The position numbers and the translations under genes are program-made. The notes under the pieces were generated by a model, which saw nothing but the letters and a program-made list of their open reading frames with translations, was not told the DNA's origin and searched no databases. This document shows positions 38,833 to 47,881 of a DNA stretch of 64,000 bases, piece by piece. The DNA lies in the NCBI GenBank assembly GCA_964392925.1, contig CAYMRP010000007.1:2214-66213 (forward strand), written 5' to 3'. The stretch is from an uncultured Gammaproteobacteria bacterium. Its GTDB lineage: Bacteria; Patescibacteriota; Microgenomatia; Daviesbacterales; UBA10151. Position 1 is the first letter of the stretch. Every line of letters starts with the position of its first letter.

Positions 38833-38844
38833 ATACGTTCTCTA

Positions 38845-39843
38845 TTAAAGGACAGGTTTTTCGATTGGTTCATAGAAAACGCCTTTGGTTGCGCCGCGTT
38901 TTCTAATTAGGCCAACCTCCTGGAGTTTCTTTAGGTCATATCTCAAAGTTCGTTCATTGATTGCTAAAAATCTCCGGCGGATTTGATCGAAACTAACCAG
39001 AAGTTGGTCTTTAACGATTCTAAAAATTTCGGCTCTTCTTGGAAGTAAATAGTCTTCAGCTTCTAAACTTTGCTTAGCTAGGATTTGAGTTTTTGCTTCC
39101 TCGGCTGATGAAGCTATACATTCCAGCATAAACTCTAGGTAATCTGTGACATCTCGCTCTGAATTTTCAAATCCTTTGTAATAAAGAGTTCTTTGTTTAT
39201 CAAGTTTCTCTTCAATGGAGGATAGTCCTTTCATTCCATAACCGCCTTTAGCTAGAACTGCCTGTAATAATAACCGTCCAACGCGGCCGTTGCCGTCCAG
39301 AAAAGGATGAATTTTTTCGAAAATGTAATGGGCTAGACAGGCTCTGATGGGAATAAAATTCTCTTTAGAGCTATTGGCATAAATCACAAGTTTATTCAGG
39401 AGCGAGCTAATTTGCCGGGGGGGAGGAGGTTGGTATATGGCGATACCGGCCGTATTAAAGATGGCGCTGTTGTCGGTTCTAAATCTTCCTAAATTTTGAG
39501 AGTCGATTAGGCCTTTCATGACTTGATTGTGATAAGACAATAAGTCTTTTTGGGTTAAGTCCTTGGCCGGACGTTCGAAAATTAAATTTATTACTTTTAA
39601 GATGTTGATAATTTCGACTTTTCTTTGATCTTTAGAGGGCAGTCTAACGATATCGTCGGGTCTTAAAGTATTGCCTTCTATGCGGGCTGAAAAAAGAGAA
39701 CTTCTGAGAGTTGATTGTCTTCTAATATTAAGTTCAACTTCAGGCGGGATAGGGAAAGCATCAATGACAGCTTTGGCTGATTCAATTTGGCTTAAAAGCC
39801 CGGATATTTTTGGAGTTAGAACATATTGAGGAGGAATTATCAT
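38845..39843 (-). CDS. Fic/DOC family protein with a C-terminal winged-helix domain
   Basis: 332 aa; Fic motif HPFLDGNGRVGRLL; C-terminal wHTH-like IRRRFLAINERTLRYDLKKLQEVGLIRKRG. Confidence 0.8.
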   Translation of the reverse strand: MIIPPQYVLTPKISGLLSQIESAKAVIDAFPIPPEVELNIRRQSTLRSSLFSARIEGNTLRPDDIVRLPSKDQRKVEIINILKVINLIFERPAKDLTQKDLLSYHNQVMKGLIDSQNLGRFRTDNSAIFNTAGIAIYQPPPPRQISSLLNKLVIYANSSKENFIPIRACLAHYIFEKIHPFLDGNGRVGRLLLQAVLAKGGYGMKGLSSIEEKLDKQRTLYYKGFENSERDVTDYLEFMLECIASSAEEAKTQILAKQSLEAEDYLLPRRAEIFRIVKDQLLVSFDQIRRRFLAINERTLRYDLKKLQEVGLIRKRGATKGVFYEPIEKPVL

Positions 39844-40018
39844 TGATTGCCCAATGTTACCAGATAATTCCTAATGTTGCCAAATAATTCCTAATACTAT
39901 TAATGTAGGGACACCACAAATTTGTGGTGTCCACAAATTGTGGTGTTTTGTGCGTAAGTTGTGGTGTTTGTGGAGAAAGAAGATGGGTCCACAAATGGTT
40001 TGTGGTGACCACATTAGT
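39844..40018. promoter_or_regulatory. fic upstream region carrying three inverted-repeat operators and a direct repeat
   Basis: Perfect 24-nt palindrome GGACACCACAAATTTGTGGTGTCC (39909-39932). Then CCACAAATTGTGGTG, then TCCACAAATGGTTTGTGGTGA. Tandem ATAATTCCTAAT x2 at 39867-39895. Confidence 0.5.
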
Positions 40019-40330
40019 TTAGGTTGAATCTTTTTTTGGTTTACTTATACCCATAAGTTGATTTGCTCTTTTTCTGGCATTTTCTCCTGCGACAATAAAT
40101 GCTCCACCGCACGCAATATTAAATGTAAATAGAGCTAGATATGGGATGCTGCGTTCAGGATCTTGAGGGAAATTAGCGACCAACTCCCTATAAGGTCTAA
40201 TAGAGCTTATTACTGCAGCTATCGGTCCTAAAACGCCTACGACGTTTGCGGTTGTCTCAAGATAGAGAAATGTAAGTTTGCCTGTTCTTTTTCTTAGTGG
40301 ATGAGGAGTTTCAGACTGCTTTTCAGGCAT
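40019..40330 (-). CDS. Small hypothetical membrane protein
   Basis: 103 aa with two hydrophobic segments; its start overlaps the otsAB stop by 8 nt. Confidence 0.4.
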   Translation of the reverse strand: MPEKQSETPHPLRKRTGKLTFLYLETTANVVGVLGPIAAVISSIRPYRELVANFPQDPERSIPYLALFTFNIACGGAFIVAGENARKRANQLMGISKPKKDST

Positions 40331-42521
40331 TGGTTAAATCTCCCAGGAGCGCCAGAGTGTCTTTAACGCTTTTTATCCGGTATTTGGCATTGCTTTCGTC
40401 TGGGCCTAGTTTGATAGTAAAGGCTTTTTCAGGTAAGGCTTGGAAGAGATGTTCATCTGTAACGTCATCTCCCATCGCCAGATAGAAATCATATTTTTTC
40501 TTTGAGACCCAAGATCTGGCAGAAGAACCTTTATTAATTGATTTACTTTTAATCTCAATAATTTTTGAGCCTTTCATAATTTCTAAATCGGTATTTTGAA
40601 TAGCGAGTTCCAACTCATCCATCAAATCGGGCAGCTGTTGGTCGACGAGTTCCATAGATGATTGGCGGTAATGAAAAGCGAGTGAATAATTTTTTCTTTC
40701 AATTAATGATTTAGGAATCCTTTCGGTGAATTTTGTTAGAATTTCATCGACGTTTTGCATCCAATCAGTTTGGAGGCCCTTGGCTGGTTGGAAATAATAT
40801 TCGTTTCGGGGTTTGACCCAAATGCCGTGCTCGGCAACGAGAGCGATTTTAGGGATTTTGATCCACTTGTTCAAAGAATCTTTGTCACGGCCAGAGAGAA
40901 TGACTATCTCGTTTTTAAAATCATCAGCAAGTTTCTTTAAAAGAGTTATTAATTCCTTTGGCGGTTTAGCGTCTGAGTAAACTGGAGCATAAGGAACGAG
41001 TGTGCCGTCATAATCTAAAATTATCAGACGGCGTTCAGCTTTTCTGTAATCTGTTTGGAGTTTTTTGAGATTATCTTTCTCCATTATATCGACCAGGGGT
41101 TTTTTAAATGAGGAATTAGAAATATCAATCAACTTTTCGATCCAGGAATCAGTCCATTTTCTAGCAGTGAAATGAGAAACTATAGAATGCATCTGTTTGA
41201 TTCTTTTGGCTTGCTCAGGAGCTTTCATTTGAATGGCTTGAGAAATGGCTGAGGCAATTTCGTTAGGATCGTTAGGATTAATCATTAATGCTTGAGTTAA
41301 TTCGCGGGCAGAACCGGCTGTTTCGGAAAGAATTAAAACCCCATCCTGACTTATGCCTTTGGCGGCAATAAATTCTTTGGAGACTAAATTCATGCCATCT
41401 CTTAAAGGAGTAATAAGAGCGATGTCAGTTGCTAAATAACGGACAACCATTTCGTCAAAAGATAAGGAGTTAAACTGGTAGATTATGGGAGTCCAATCAA
41501 CTGTGGCGAAGCGACTGTTTGTTCGTCCAACAATTTTGTCTACTTCATTTTTTAGGTCTTGATAATCATCGATTTCAATTCTGGATGGCTGAGTATTTAG
41601 AATTAATGTAACTTTCTTATGGGATTTTGGATTAAGTTCTAAGAATTTTTCATAGCCTAATAAGCGATTTGCAATGCCTTTAGTGTAATCAAGACGGTCG
41701 ACTGAAAAAAGAATTTTTTGGCCTTTGAATAAATTTTTCAGTTCAAGAGCCTTCTTTTGAACTATTTTACTATCGATGGCTTTTTGATATTTATCAAAAT
41801 TAATACCTAATGGCATGTTTTCTATGACGACGGGTCTTGAATCAAGATAAAGGGTTTTAGAGACTGGTTTAATGCCTGTTGTTTTAGTGGCACTTTCTAA
41901 GAAGTGCTGCATGTAGTCATTGGTATGAAAGCCGACTAAATCGGATCCAAGAATACCCTCGATGAGGCTGGTTCTAACATCTTCCGGCAGAACCCGCAAA
42001 AGTTCAAAAGATGGAAATGGGATATGAAGGAAAAAGCCGATTGTTGATGTAGGTTGAGCCTCTCTTAACATTTGAGGCAGAAGCATAAGTTGATAATCCT
42101 GAATAAATATTAAGTCACCAGGTTTATATATCTTAAGAATCTCCTGGGCAAAGAGCTTGTTAACGGATTTATAATCGTCCCAAAATTCTTTGTTATAAGA
42201 GGATTTATCAGAAAAATAATGAAAAAGAGGCCAGATAGTTTTATTTGAGAATCCTAAGTAATGATTATCGATTTGCTTCTGAGATAAGAAAACAGGCAAA
42301 CTTTCGTATTTAGAGTAGAGTTCTTTTGAGAGTTTAGGCTGCAGTTTCTTAGAGATTTGTTTGCCTGGCCAACCGATCCAGACAGAGCCCATTTTGGATG
42401 AGGAATCTTTTAGTCCAGAAACAAGACCGCCCGGACTGGCTTTATATTCAAATTTGCCTTTAGCTTCAGATATTTCAACAGGCAGTCTATTAGCAACTAT
42501 GAGTAAACGCATAGTGCGCAT
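40323..42521 (-). CDS. otsAB: Bifunctional trehalose-6-phosphate synthase (GT20) / trehalose-6-phosphate phosphatase (HAD)
   Basis: 732 aa; N-terminal MRLLIVANRLPVE...GGLVSGL...VWIGWPG typical of OtsA; C-terminal HAD module LIILDYDGTLVPY ... LAMGDDVTDE typical of OtsB. Confidence 0.85.
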   Translation of the reverse strand: MRTMRLLIVANRLPVEISEAKGKFEYKASPGGLVSGLKDSSSKMGSVWIGWPGKQISKKLQPKLSKELYSKYESLPVFLSQKQIDNHYLGFSNKTIWPLFHYFSDKSSYNKEFWDDYKSVNKLFAQEILKIYKPGDLIFIQDYQLMLLPQMLREAQPTSTIGFFLHIPFPSFELLRVLPEDVRTSLIEGILGSDLVGFHTNDYMQHFLESATKTTGIKPVSKTLYLDSRPVVIENMPLGINFDKYQKAIDSKIVQKKALELKNLFKGQKILFSVDRLDYTKGIANRLLGYEKFLELNPKSHKKVTLILNTQPSRIEIDDYQDLKNEVDKIVGRTNSRFATVDWTPIIYQFNSLSFDEMVVRYLATDIALITPLRDGMNLVSKEFIAAKGISQDGVLILSETAGSARELTQALMINPNDPNEIASAISQAIQMKAPEQAKRIKQMHSIVSHFTARKWTDSWIEKLIDISNSSFKKPLVDIMEKDNLKKLQTDYRKAERRLIILDYDGTLVPYAPVYSDAKPPKELITLLKKLADDFKNEIVILSGRDKDSLNKWIKIPKIALVAEHGIWVKPRNEYYFQPAKGLQTDWMQNVDEILTKFTERIPKSLIERKNYSLAFHYRQSSMELVDQQLPDLMDELELAIQNTDLEIMKGSKIIEIKSKSINKGSSARSWVSKKKYDFYLAMGDDVTDEHLFQALPEKAFTIKLGPDESNAKYRIKSVKDTLALLGDLTNA

Positions 42522-42620
42522 TATACATGAGAAGTGGGAATTGAAACACTATCGGATAGTTTGTAAGATTAATGTAAGAAGGTAATTGACAGCAGATTGT
42601 GGAAATGAATTAATAATATA

Positions 42621-45371
42621 ATGTTGAAAATTTTCCAGCATAATCAAAAAGGAGCTGTTCCTTTGCTGATGCTTGTTGCTTCAATTGGGATTGTGGCAGT
42701 ATTAATTATTTATAATATTGCTCCTTTTAAAGATAAGATTTTAGCTTCTATATTTCCTAAAGATTTTACTTTTGCGGCAGGGGGGCCAGATGTTTTAAAT
42801 TTTTCACAAATAACCCAGACCCCTCAGAAAAATAAAAAGGTTGAATTTACTTTTGATCTCTCAACAACTTATCAAAATCCATATTACTATTATGATGATT
42901 CTGATACTCCAGCAGCTAATCCGAGTAATACTTCCTTCTTCGGCCGAGACGGTGTGACCGTAGATATAAATTTAACCTCTCCTTCTGGTAAGGCTATTAA
43001 AGTCCCAGCATTTTGGATGGAGGACTATACAAGAGTACAAAACAGTGGTTTTGAAGTTTTAGGAAAGAAGGATAATGGGAAATGGTTAGTTCGTTTTACC
43101 CCAACTGAGGTTGGAAGTTATAACTATTACGTATCTACTGAAGATAAAAATGGTACAGCCAGGTACCCTATTAGTGGGGCACAATCATTTAGTGTGAGTG
43201 ATTCTCAGAATAAAGGATTTATTCGAACAAGCGCAGCTGATCCAAGATTTCTCGAGTACGATAATGGGGAATCTTTTATTCCTATTCCTTCTGGTCATCA
43301 ATGGTGGAAAAACAGTGGTTTAAGAAGTTATGAGTATGAAAATCTGTTCACTAGTTTTAGTCAGAATGGAATAAATTTGACCAGAATTTGGTCAATTGCT
43401 GATTTTGCTTTAGCAATTGAAGATGCAAGTCCAGTATGGATTAGGCAAGGTTTTTCAAATCCTGGTGGGGCGTTAGGGGTTGAGATCAATAGTGCAAATG
43501 TACATTCTGGAATTCGATCGGCGCGTCCGGGAGTTGGACAGGGATGGTATCAAAGGATCGCTTTTACCACACTAAATCAGCCTCACAAATTAACAGCCTG
43601 GATAAAAACAGATTCGGTATCAGGTGGAAATGCTCAGATCAACATAAAAACAGGGACTACTTTTAACACTGGAACTACAGTTGCGCAATTACCAAATGTA
43701 ACTGGAACGACAGGATGGTCCCAGTATTCAGTAACGTTCACTCCCACCTCTAGTGTTGCAAGTATTAATTTATTCTTAAGCGGAGGGACAGGGACTGCTT
43801 ATATCGACGATATTGTTGTAGGGCCGACTGATCAGAACGGAGTTATTACATATAATATTATATCGGACCCTGGCATGGAGAGGCATTTTGCTAAAGATCT
43901 GGCCGGTAATGATCCGAATGCCGATCCAAATTTGGCACGTCCGATTGGTAACTTTCTCAATCAGTGGATGGCATACGATCTGGATAAGATTGTTGAATCT
44001 GCTGAGATAAACGGAGTAGCAATTCAGCTATGTGCTTGTTCAGGTCCATGGTTTACCTGGCAGCAGAATCCTGATAATACCAACTATGCAGACTCTTGGG
44101 CTTTAAAAAATTGGCAGCGTAATTATCGATACCAGATAGCTAGATGGGGATATTCACCAGCTATTTTGGCTTGGGAGAAGCATAATGAGCACGGCCATAT
44201 ACCAGTCGGATCAGCCTTATATTCTTTCTATCAAAATCTTGGGGCTTATCAGAAAGCGAATGATCCATATCAGCACCTTAGAACAACCTCTCAAGGCTCT
44301 CAGACTTTTTCGCCAGGTCTTTGGTCTTCAAATGGGTTTGATTTAGCGAATTATCATGACTATATGATGAGTTTCCGTCCAGCTGCTTTATATAATGATG
44401 AGGTAAATTTCATTTCTAAATACTCATGGTGTTTGTCAGACAGCATGAAACGTTCTAACTCCCCCTATTGCTCAGGTTTAGGATTAGGTGATGGATCAGT
44501 ATGGCAAGGAGCTTTAAAACCTTGGGTTTGGGGAGAACTTGATGTTGGTACGGATATTTGGAATGTAGCAAATCCTGCGACGTTGAATGGTTCGAATAGA
44601 GTTAACCTTTTGCACAACTTTATTTGGGCAGGATTGTTTAATCCACTGGGCACTGTAGGTATTGATTGGTATTGGGATAATGAAGATGCTTCAACGATCG
44701 CAGCTAAATATGCAGCGAAAAAAGCTGCTTCGAATTTTTTCAACGGTGTTAATTATGCAGGAGCTAATTTTACTTTCTTGACGAGTTCTTCTGATGCAGC
44801 ACCTGGTTATACGGGTGAAACTATTAGTGTATCTGATCCTAAAGCAAGGACTTATGCAATGAGGAGTTCTAATAAAAAAAGCGCATATGTTTGGGTACAG
44901 AATAGAGATAATGTATGGTCTAAGTACCCAGCTCTTCCAGCAGCTATAAGTCCGACTGTATCTTTGAGTAATCTACTAAATGAAGCTTATACTGTTGAGA
45001 TTTGGAATACATTTAGCGGGACTGTGATTTCCAGCAGCCAGCAGGTGCCCAGCGCTGGAACCATATCAATAAGCCTTCCGAGCATGACTCAAGACTATGC
45101 GATAAAAATAATTTCGAATTCTTCAGTAGCTCCAAGCCCAAGTCCTAGCATTTCGGCATCAGTAGCTCCCAGCCCATCAGCATCTATTTTTCCAAGTCCT
45201 TCTATGAAGCCCGGAGATATAGATGGTAATGGTGCAGTTGATATATTTGATTACAACACGTTGCTAACTAATTTTGGTAAAACTGGATCCGGTATTTTGG
45301 GAGACATTGATAGTAATGGTGTTGTTGATATATTTGACTATAACCTGATTTTGACTAACTATGGAAAATAA
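42621..45371 (+). CDS. Large secreted protein with a conserved N-terminal signal and C-terminal dockerin repeats
   Basis: 916 aa; N-terminal NQKGAVPLLMLVASIGIVAVLIIYNIAPFKDKILASIFPK; S/P-rich linker; GDIDGNGAVDIFDYNTLLTNFGK and GDIDSNGVVDIFDYNLILTNYGK. Confidence 0.6.
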   Translation: MLKIFQHNQKGAVPLLMLVASIGIVAVLIIYNIAPFKDKILASIFPKDFTFAAGGPDVLNFSQITQTPQKNKKVEFTFDLSTTYQNPYYYYDDSDTPAANPSNTSFFGRDGVTVDINLTSPSGKAIKVPAFWMEDYTRVQNSGFEVLGKKDNGKWLVRFTPTEVGSYNYYVSTEDKNGTARYPISGAQSFSVSDSQNKGFIRTSAADPRFLEYDNGESFIPIPSGHQWWKNSGLRSYEYENLFTSFSQNGINLTRIWSIADFALAIEDASPVWIRQGFSNPGGALGVEINSANVHSGIRSARPGVGQGWYQRIAFTTLNQPHKLTAWIKTDSVSGGNAQINIKTGTTFNTGTTVAQLPNVTGTTGWSQYSVTFTPTSSVASINLFLSGGTGTAYIDDIVVGPTDQNGVITYNIISDPGMERHFAKDLAGNDPNADPNLARPIGNFLNQWMAYDLDKIVESAEINGVAIQLCACSGPWFTWQQNPDNTNYADSWALKNWQRNYRYQIARWGYSPAILAWEKHNEHGHIPVGSALYSFYQNLGAYQKANDPYQHLRTTSQGSQTFSPGLWSSNGFDLANYHDYMMSFRPAALYNDEVNFISKYSWCLSDSMKRSNSPYCSGLGLGDGSVWQGALKPWVWGELDVGTDIWNVANPATLNGSNRVNLLHNFIWAGLFNPLGTVGIDWYWDNEDASTIAAKYAAKKAASNFFNGVNYAGANFTFLTSSSDAAPGYTGETISVSDPKARTYAMRSSNKKSAYVWVQNRDNVWSKYPALPAAISPTVSLSNLLNEAYTVEIWNTFSGTVISSSQQVPSAGTISISLPSMTQDYAIKIISNSSVAPSPSPSISASVAPSPSASIFPSPSMKPGDIDGNGAVDIFDYNTLLTNFGKTGSGILGDIDSNGVVDIFDYNLILTNYGK

Positions 45372-47835
45372 AGAATTTAACCAAAAAGGTGCTGTGCCGT
45401 TGATGATTTTGGCAGCAATAGCAGGAATTATTGTTGTTATGGGTATAAGTGTTATAGCGCCTTTTAGGGATGATCTCTTTTATAGTTTATTTCCTAAATC
45501 AGCATCAAATGCAGCCATCGAAGAGTGGGTGCAGGACGGACATGACTCTCAGCGAACAGGGTCTACTACGGAAGAAGCAGTGTTGCCCTGGACTTTTTTA
45601 TGGTCATTCAACGGACCTGACGCAAGCGGATCTGCCTCCGGTCATTTTTATGATGCACCAAAAGAAGCGCGGACTGTAACAGGTAATTCTCAGATTTATG
45701 TGCCTGCAGGTGCCAGAGGATTGTACGCACTACGAAGAAGTGATGGTACTCAAGCGTGGAATATAACAAATACTGCTTTTAACGCTGCACCAGCTTATGA
45801 TTCTGCAAATCAGTTGTTATTAGCGGGTGGGGCTGATGGTCAGATATATAAGATCAATTCGAATACGGGTAGTATTCTGGCAACTTACAATACAGGAAAC
45901 CCGATTAATAAAGCTTTGCTGCTTGATGGTGGATTTGTTTATGCGGTTTCTGATAATGGGACACTAAATAAAGTCAGTATATCTAACTTTTCTTCAGTTT
46001 GGAGTTACTCAGCCGGGTCGAGTGCTGCGACACTAGTGTCTTATTCGCCAAGCAGAGACATCTTAATTTATGCAACAGCAGATCTAAATGTGCATGCAGT
46101 GAATAACAGTAATGGAGTATTGAAATGGAAGGTTAAGCCAACCCCAAATAACCCAGGTGATACTTCAGTTGCAGCTACTCAAACTGCAAGTGGGGCGAAG
46201 GTTGGTACCCAGTTTGATTTTGGCTGGCCTGTTATTGCAGAGAATAATGGTGTGGTTTTTGTACGACTGCAGCTACCTCATCAGGGTTTATATGAAGGTC
46301 CTAATAGTGGTAGGTGGGGAAATACAAATGCCGAAAACAGAACATGGCTGGCTCAAAATCCGCAATGGAAAAACTTGTTTGCCTTGAATTTGGATAGTGG
46401 TGCCGAGAAATTTATACCGGCAGTTGGATACGGTAGTACAGAGGATTTTGTCCCTTCATTGAATTCAGTTTATGGTGTTATGGGGTCTCAGCCCGTTGTT
46501 AAAGTTTATCCAGACGGGACAGAAGTTGTCTATATTCATTTTAGAAACGGTCAAACAACTCCGGCTTCAGATTATCGCTGGTCCGGTCATATGGGGGAGA
46601 TGGTTCTAAATGATTCAACCATACCAGGGATGGCCGCAGGCGATTTGAGGTTTGTTAGGATGGGTAATTATGCAGGATATGGGGGGACAGCTCCTGTTCA
46701 TATTATAGATGAACAAACTCCGCTAAGTATGGCGGGAAATATGCTGATTAATGCTCATTGGGCGGGAAGTATGGGGGTAAAAATTACTGATAGAGGTGTT
46801 ACTAAAGGTTTAACTTATTCAAACCCGATAGAGACTTCTAAATTGCCAACCGTTGTTAGGGCGCAAAAATCATGTGCAAATTTTAACCCGGTAACTCATT
46901 ACACTACATGTTCTTTAAACTATGTTACAGATGGAGGCAGGTATATGGATGGACCTGGTTTTTGGGGGTATTGGAATGTAGCTGATCCACCAGGATGGAG
47001 GATAGGAGTGCCGACAGCTGTGGGGGGAGCTTATTCTGCAGGGTTTTTGCCAAGATACACTTATGTGTCGGGAGGTCAGGTCGTAGTTGAAGGTAATGGG
47101 GGAGAATTGCTGGTATTCCAGCACAGTGGGAGCGCTGCCATCGCAAGTCCGAGCCCCTCTGCATCTGTAGCGGTACAGCCCTCTATATCTCCTTCCCCTT
47201 CAGTTCAGCCAGCTCCCTCAGCATCGGCTCAATCCTCTGCGAGTCCCTCATCTATTGAGACTATTGACAGTACTGATTCAAGGATTGTTTTTGACGGATG
47301 GTTTCCAACAGTAACAGGCTCAAGCATGATAGGAGGAAGTGAAAGAGTTGGGGAATTTGGGGGCACAAGTATAACAATTCCTTTTACAGGTAATTCTATA
47401 ACGTGGATCTATACACAGGATTTGAATAGGGGACAGGCTCAGGTTTTTATGGATGGGGTGTTGGTTAGAACTGTAGATCAGTATGGCGGTCTGCAATATG
47501 GAACGGAAGAGGTATTTAATGTAACTCAGGGAAGTCATACGCTCAGAATAGTTGTTACCAGAGTAAAACAAACAGCTTCAACAGGATTTTTAGCAGGAGT
47601 TGATGCTTTTAGGGTGACTCAAAATCTACCTTCGCCCACACCTACACTAGCTGCTTCTCCGAGCCCTGCAAAGTCCGGAGATCTTGATGGTAATAACACT
47701 GTCGATATATTTGATTACAATTTATTACTAACTAATTTTGGCAGAACTGGAGCTAATATTCCGGGAGATGCAGATAGTAACGGGAAAGTTGATATTTTTG
47801 ATTATAATATTGTGTTAACTAACTTTGGGAAGTAA
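45361..47835 (+). CDS. Secreted PQQ-like beta-propeller repeat protein with C-terminal dockerin repeats
   Basis: 824 aa; N-terminal NQKGAVPLMILAAIAGIIVVMGISVIAPFRDDLFYSLFPK; repeated G.LYA....DG...W / DG.IY.IN..TG motifs like PQQ/BamB propellers; Ser/Pro linker; GDLDGNNTVDIFDYNLLLTNFGR and GDADSNGKVDIFDYNIVLTNFGK. Confidence 0.6.
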   Translation: MENKEFNQKGAVPLMILAAIAGIIVVMGISVIAPFRDDLFYSLFPKSASNAAIEEWVQDGHDSQRTGSTTEEAVLPWTFLWSFNGPDASGSASGHFYDAPKEARTVTGNSQIYVPAGARGLYALRRSDGTQAWNITNTAFNAAPAYDSANQLLLAGGADGQIYKINSNTGSILATYNTGNPINKALLLDGGFVYAVSDNGTLNKVSISNFSSVWSYSAGSSAATLVSYSPSRDILIYATADLNVHAVNNSNGVLKWKVKPTPNNPGDTSVAATQTASGAKVGTQFDFGWPVIAENNGVVFVRLQLPHQGLYEGPNSGRWGNTNAENRTWLAQNPQWKNLFALNLDSGAEKFIPAVGYGSTEDFVPSLNSVYGVMGSQPVVKVYPDGTEVVYIHFRNGQTTPASDYRWSGHMGEMVLNDSTIPGMAAGDLRFVRMGNYAGYGGTAPVHIIDEQTPLSMAGNMLINAHWAGSMGVKITDRGVTKGLTYSNPIETSKLPTVVRAQKSCANFNPVTHYTTCSLNYVTDGGRYMDGPGFWGYWNVADPPGWRIGVPTAVGGAYSAGFLPRYTYVSGGQVVVEGNGGELLVFQHSGSAAIASPSPSASVAVQPSISPSPSVQPAPSASAQSSASPSSIETIDSTDSRIVFDGWFPTVTGSSMIGGSERVGEFGGTSITIPFTGNSITWIYTQDLNRGQAQVFMDGVLVRTVDQYGGLQYGTEEVFNVTQGSHTLRIVVTRVKQTASTGFLAGVDAFRVTQNLPSPTPTLAASPSPAKSGDLDGNNTVDIFDYNLLLTNFGRTGANIPGDADSNGKVDIFDYNIVLTNFGK

Positions 47836-47881
47836 ATCTTCTTATTGACGAGTTTTACCCCTCGGCGTTAATGTAAATATA

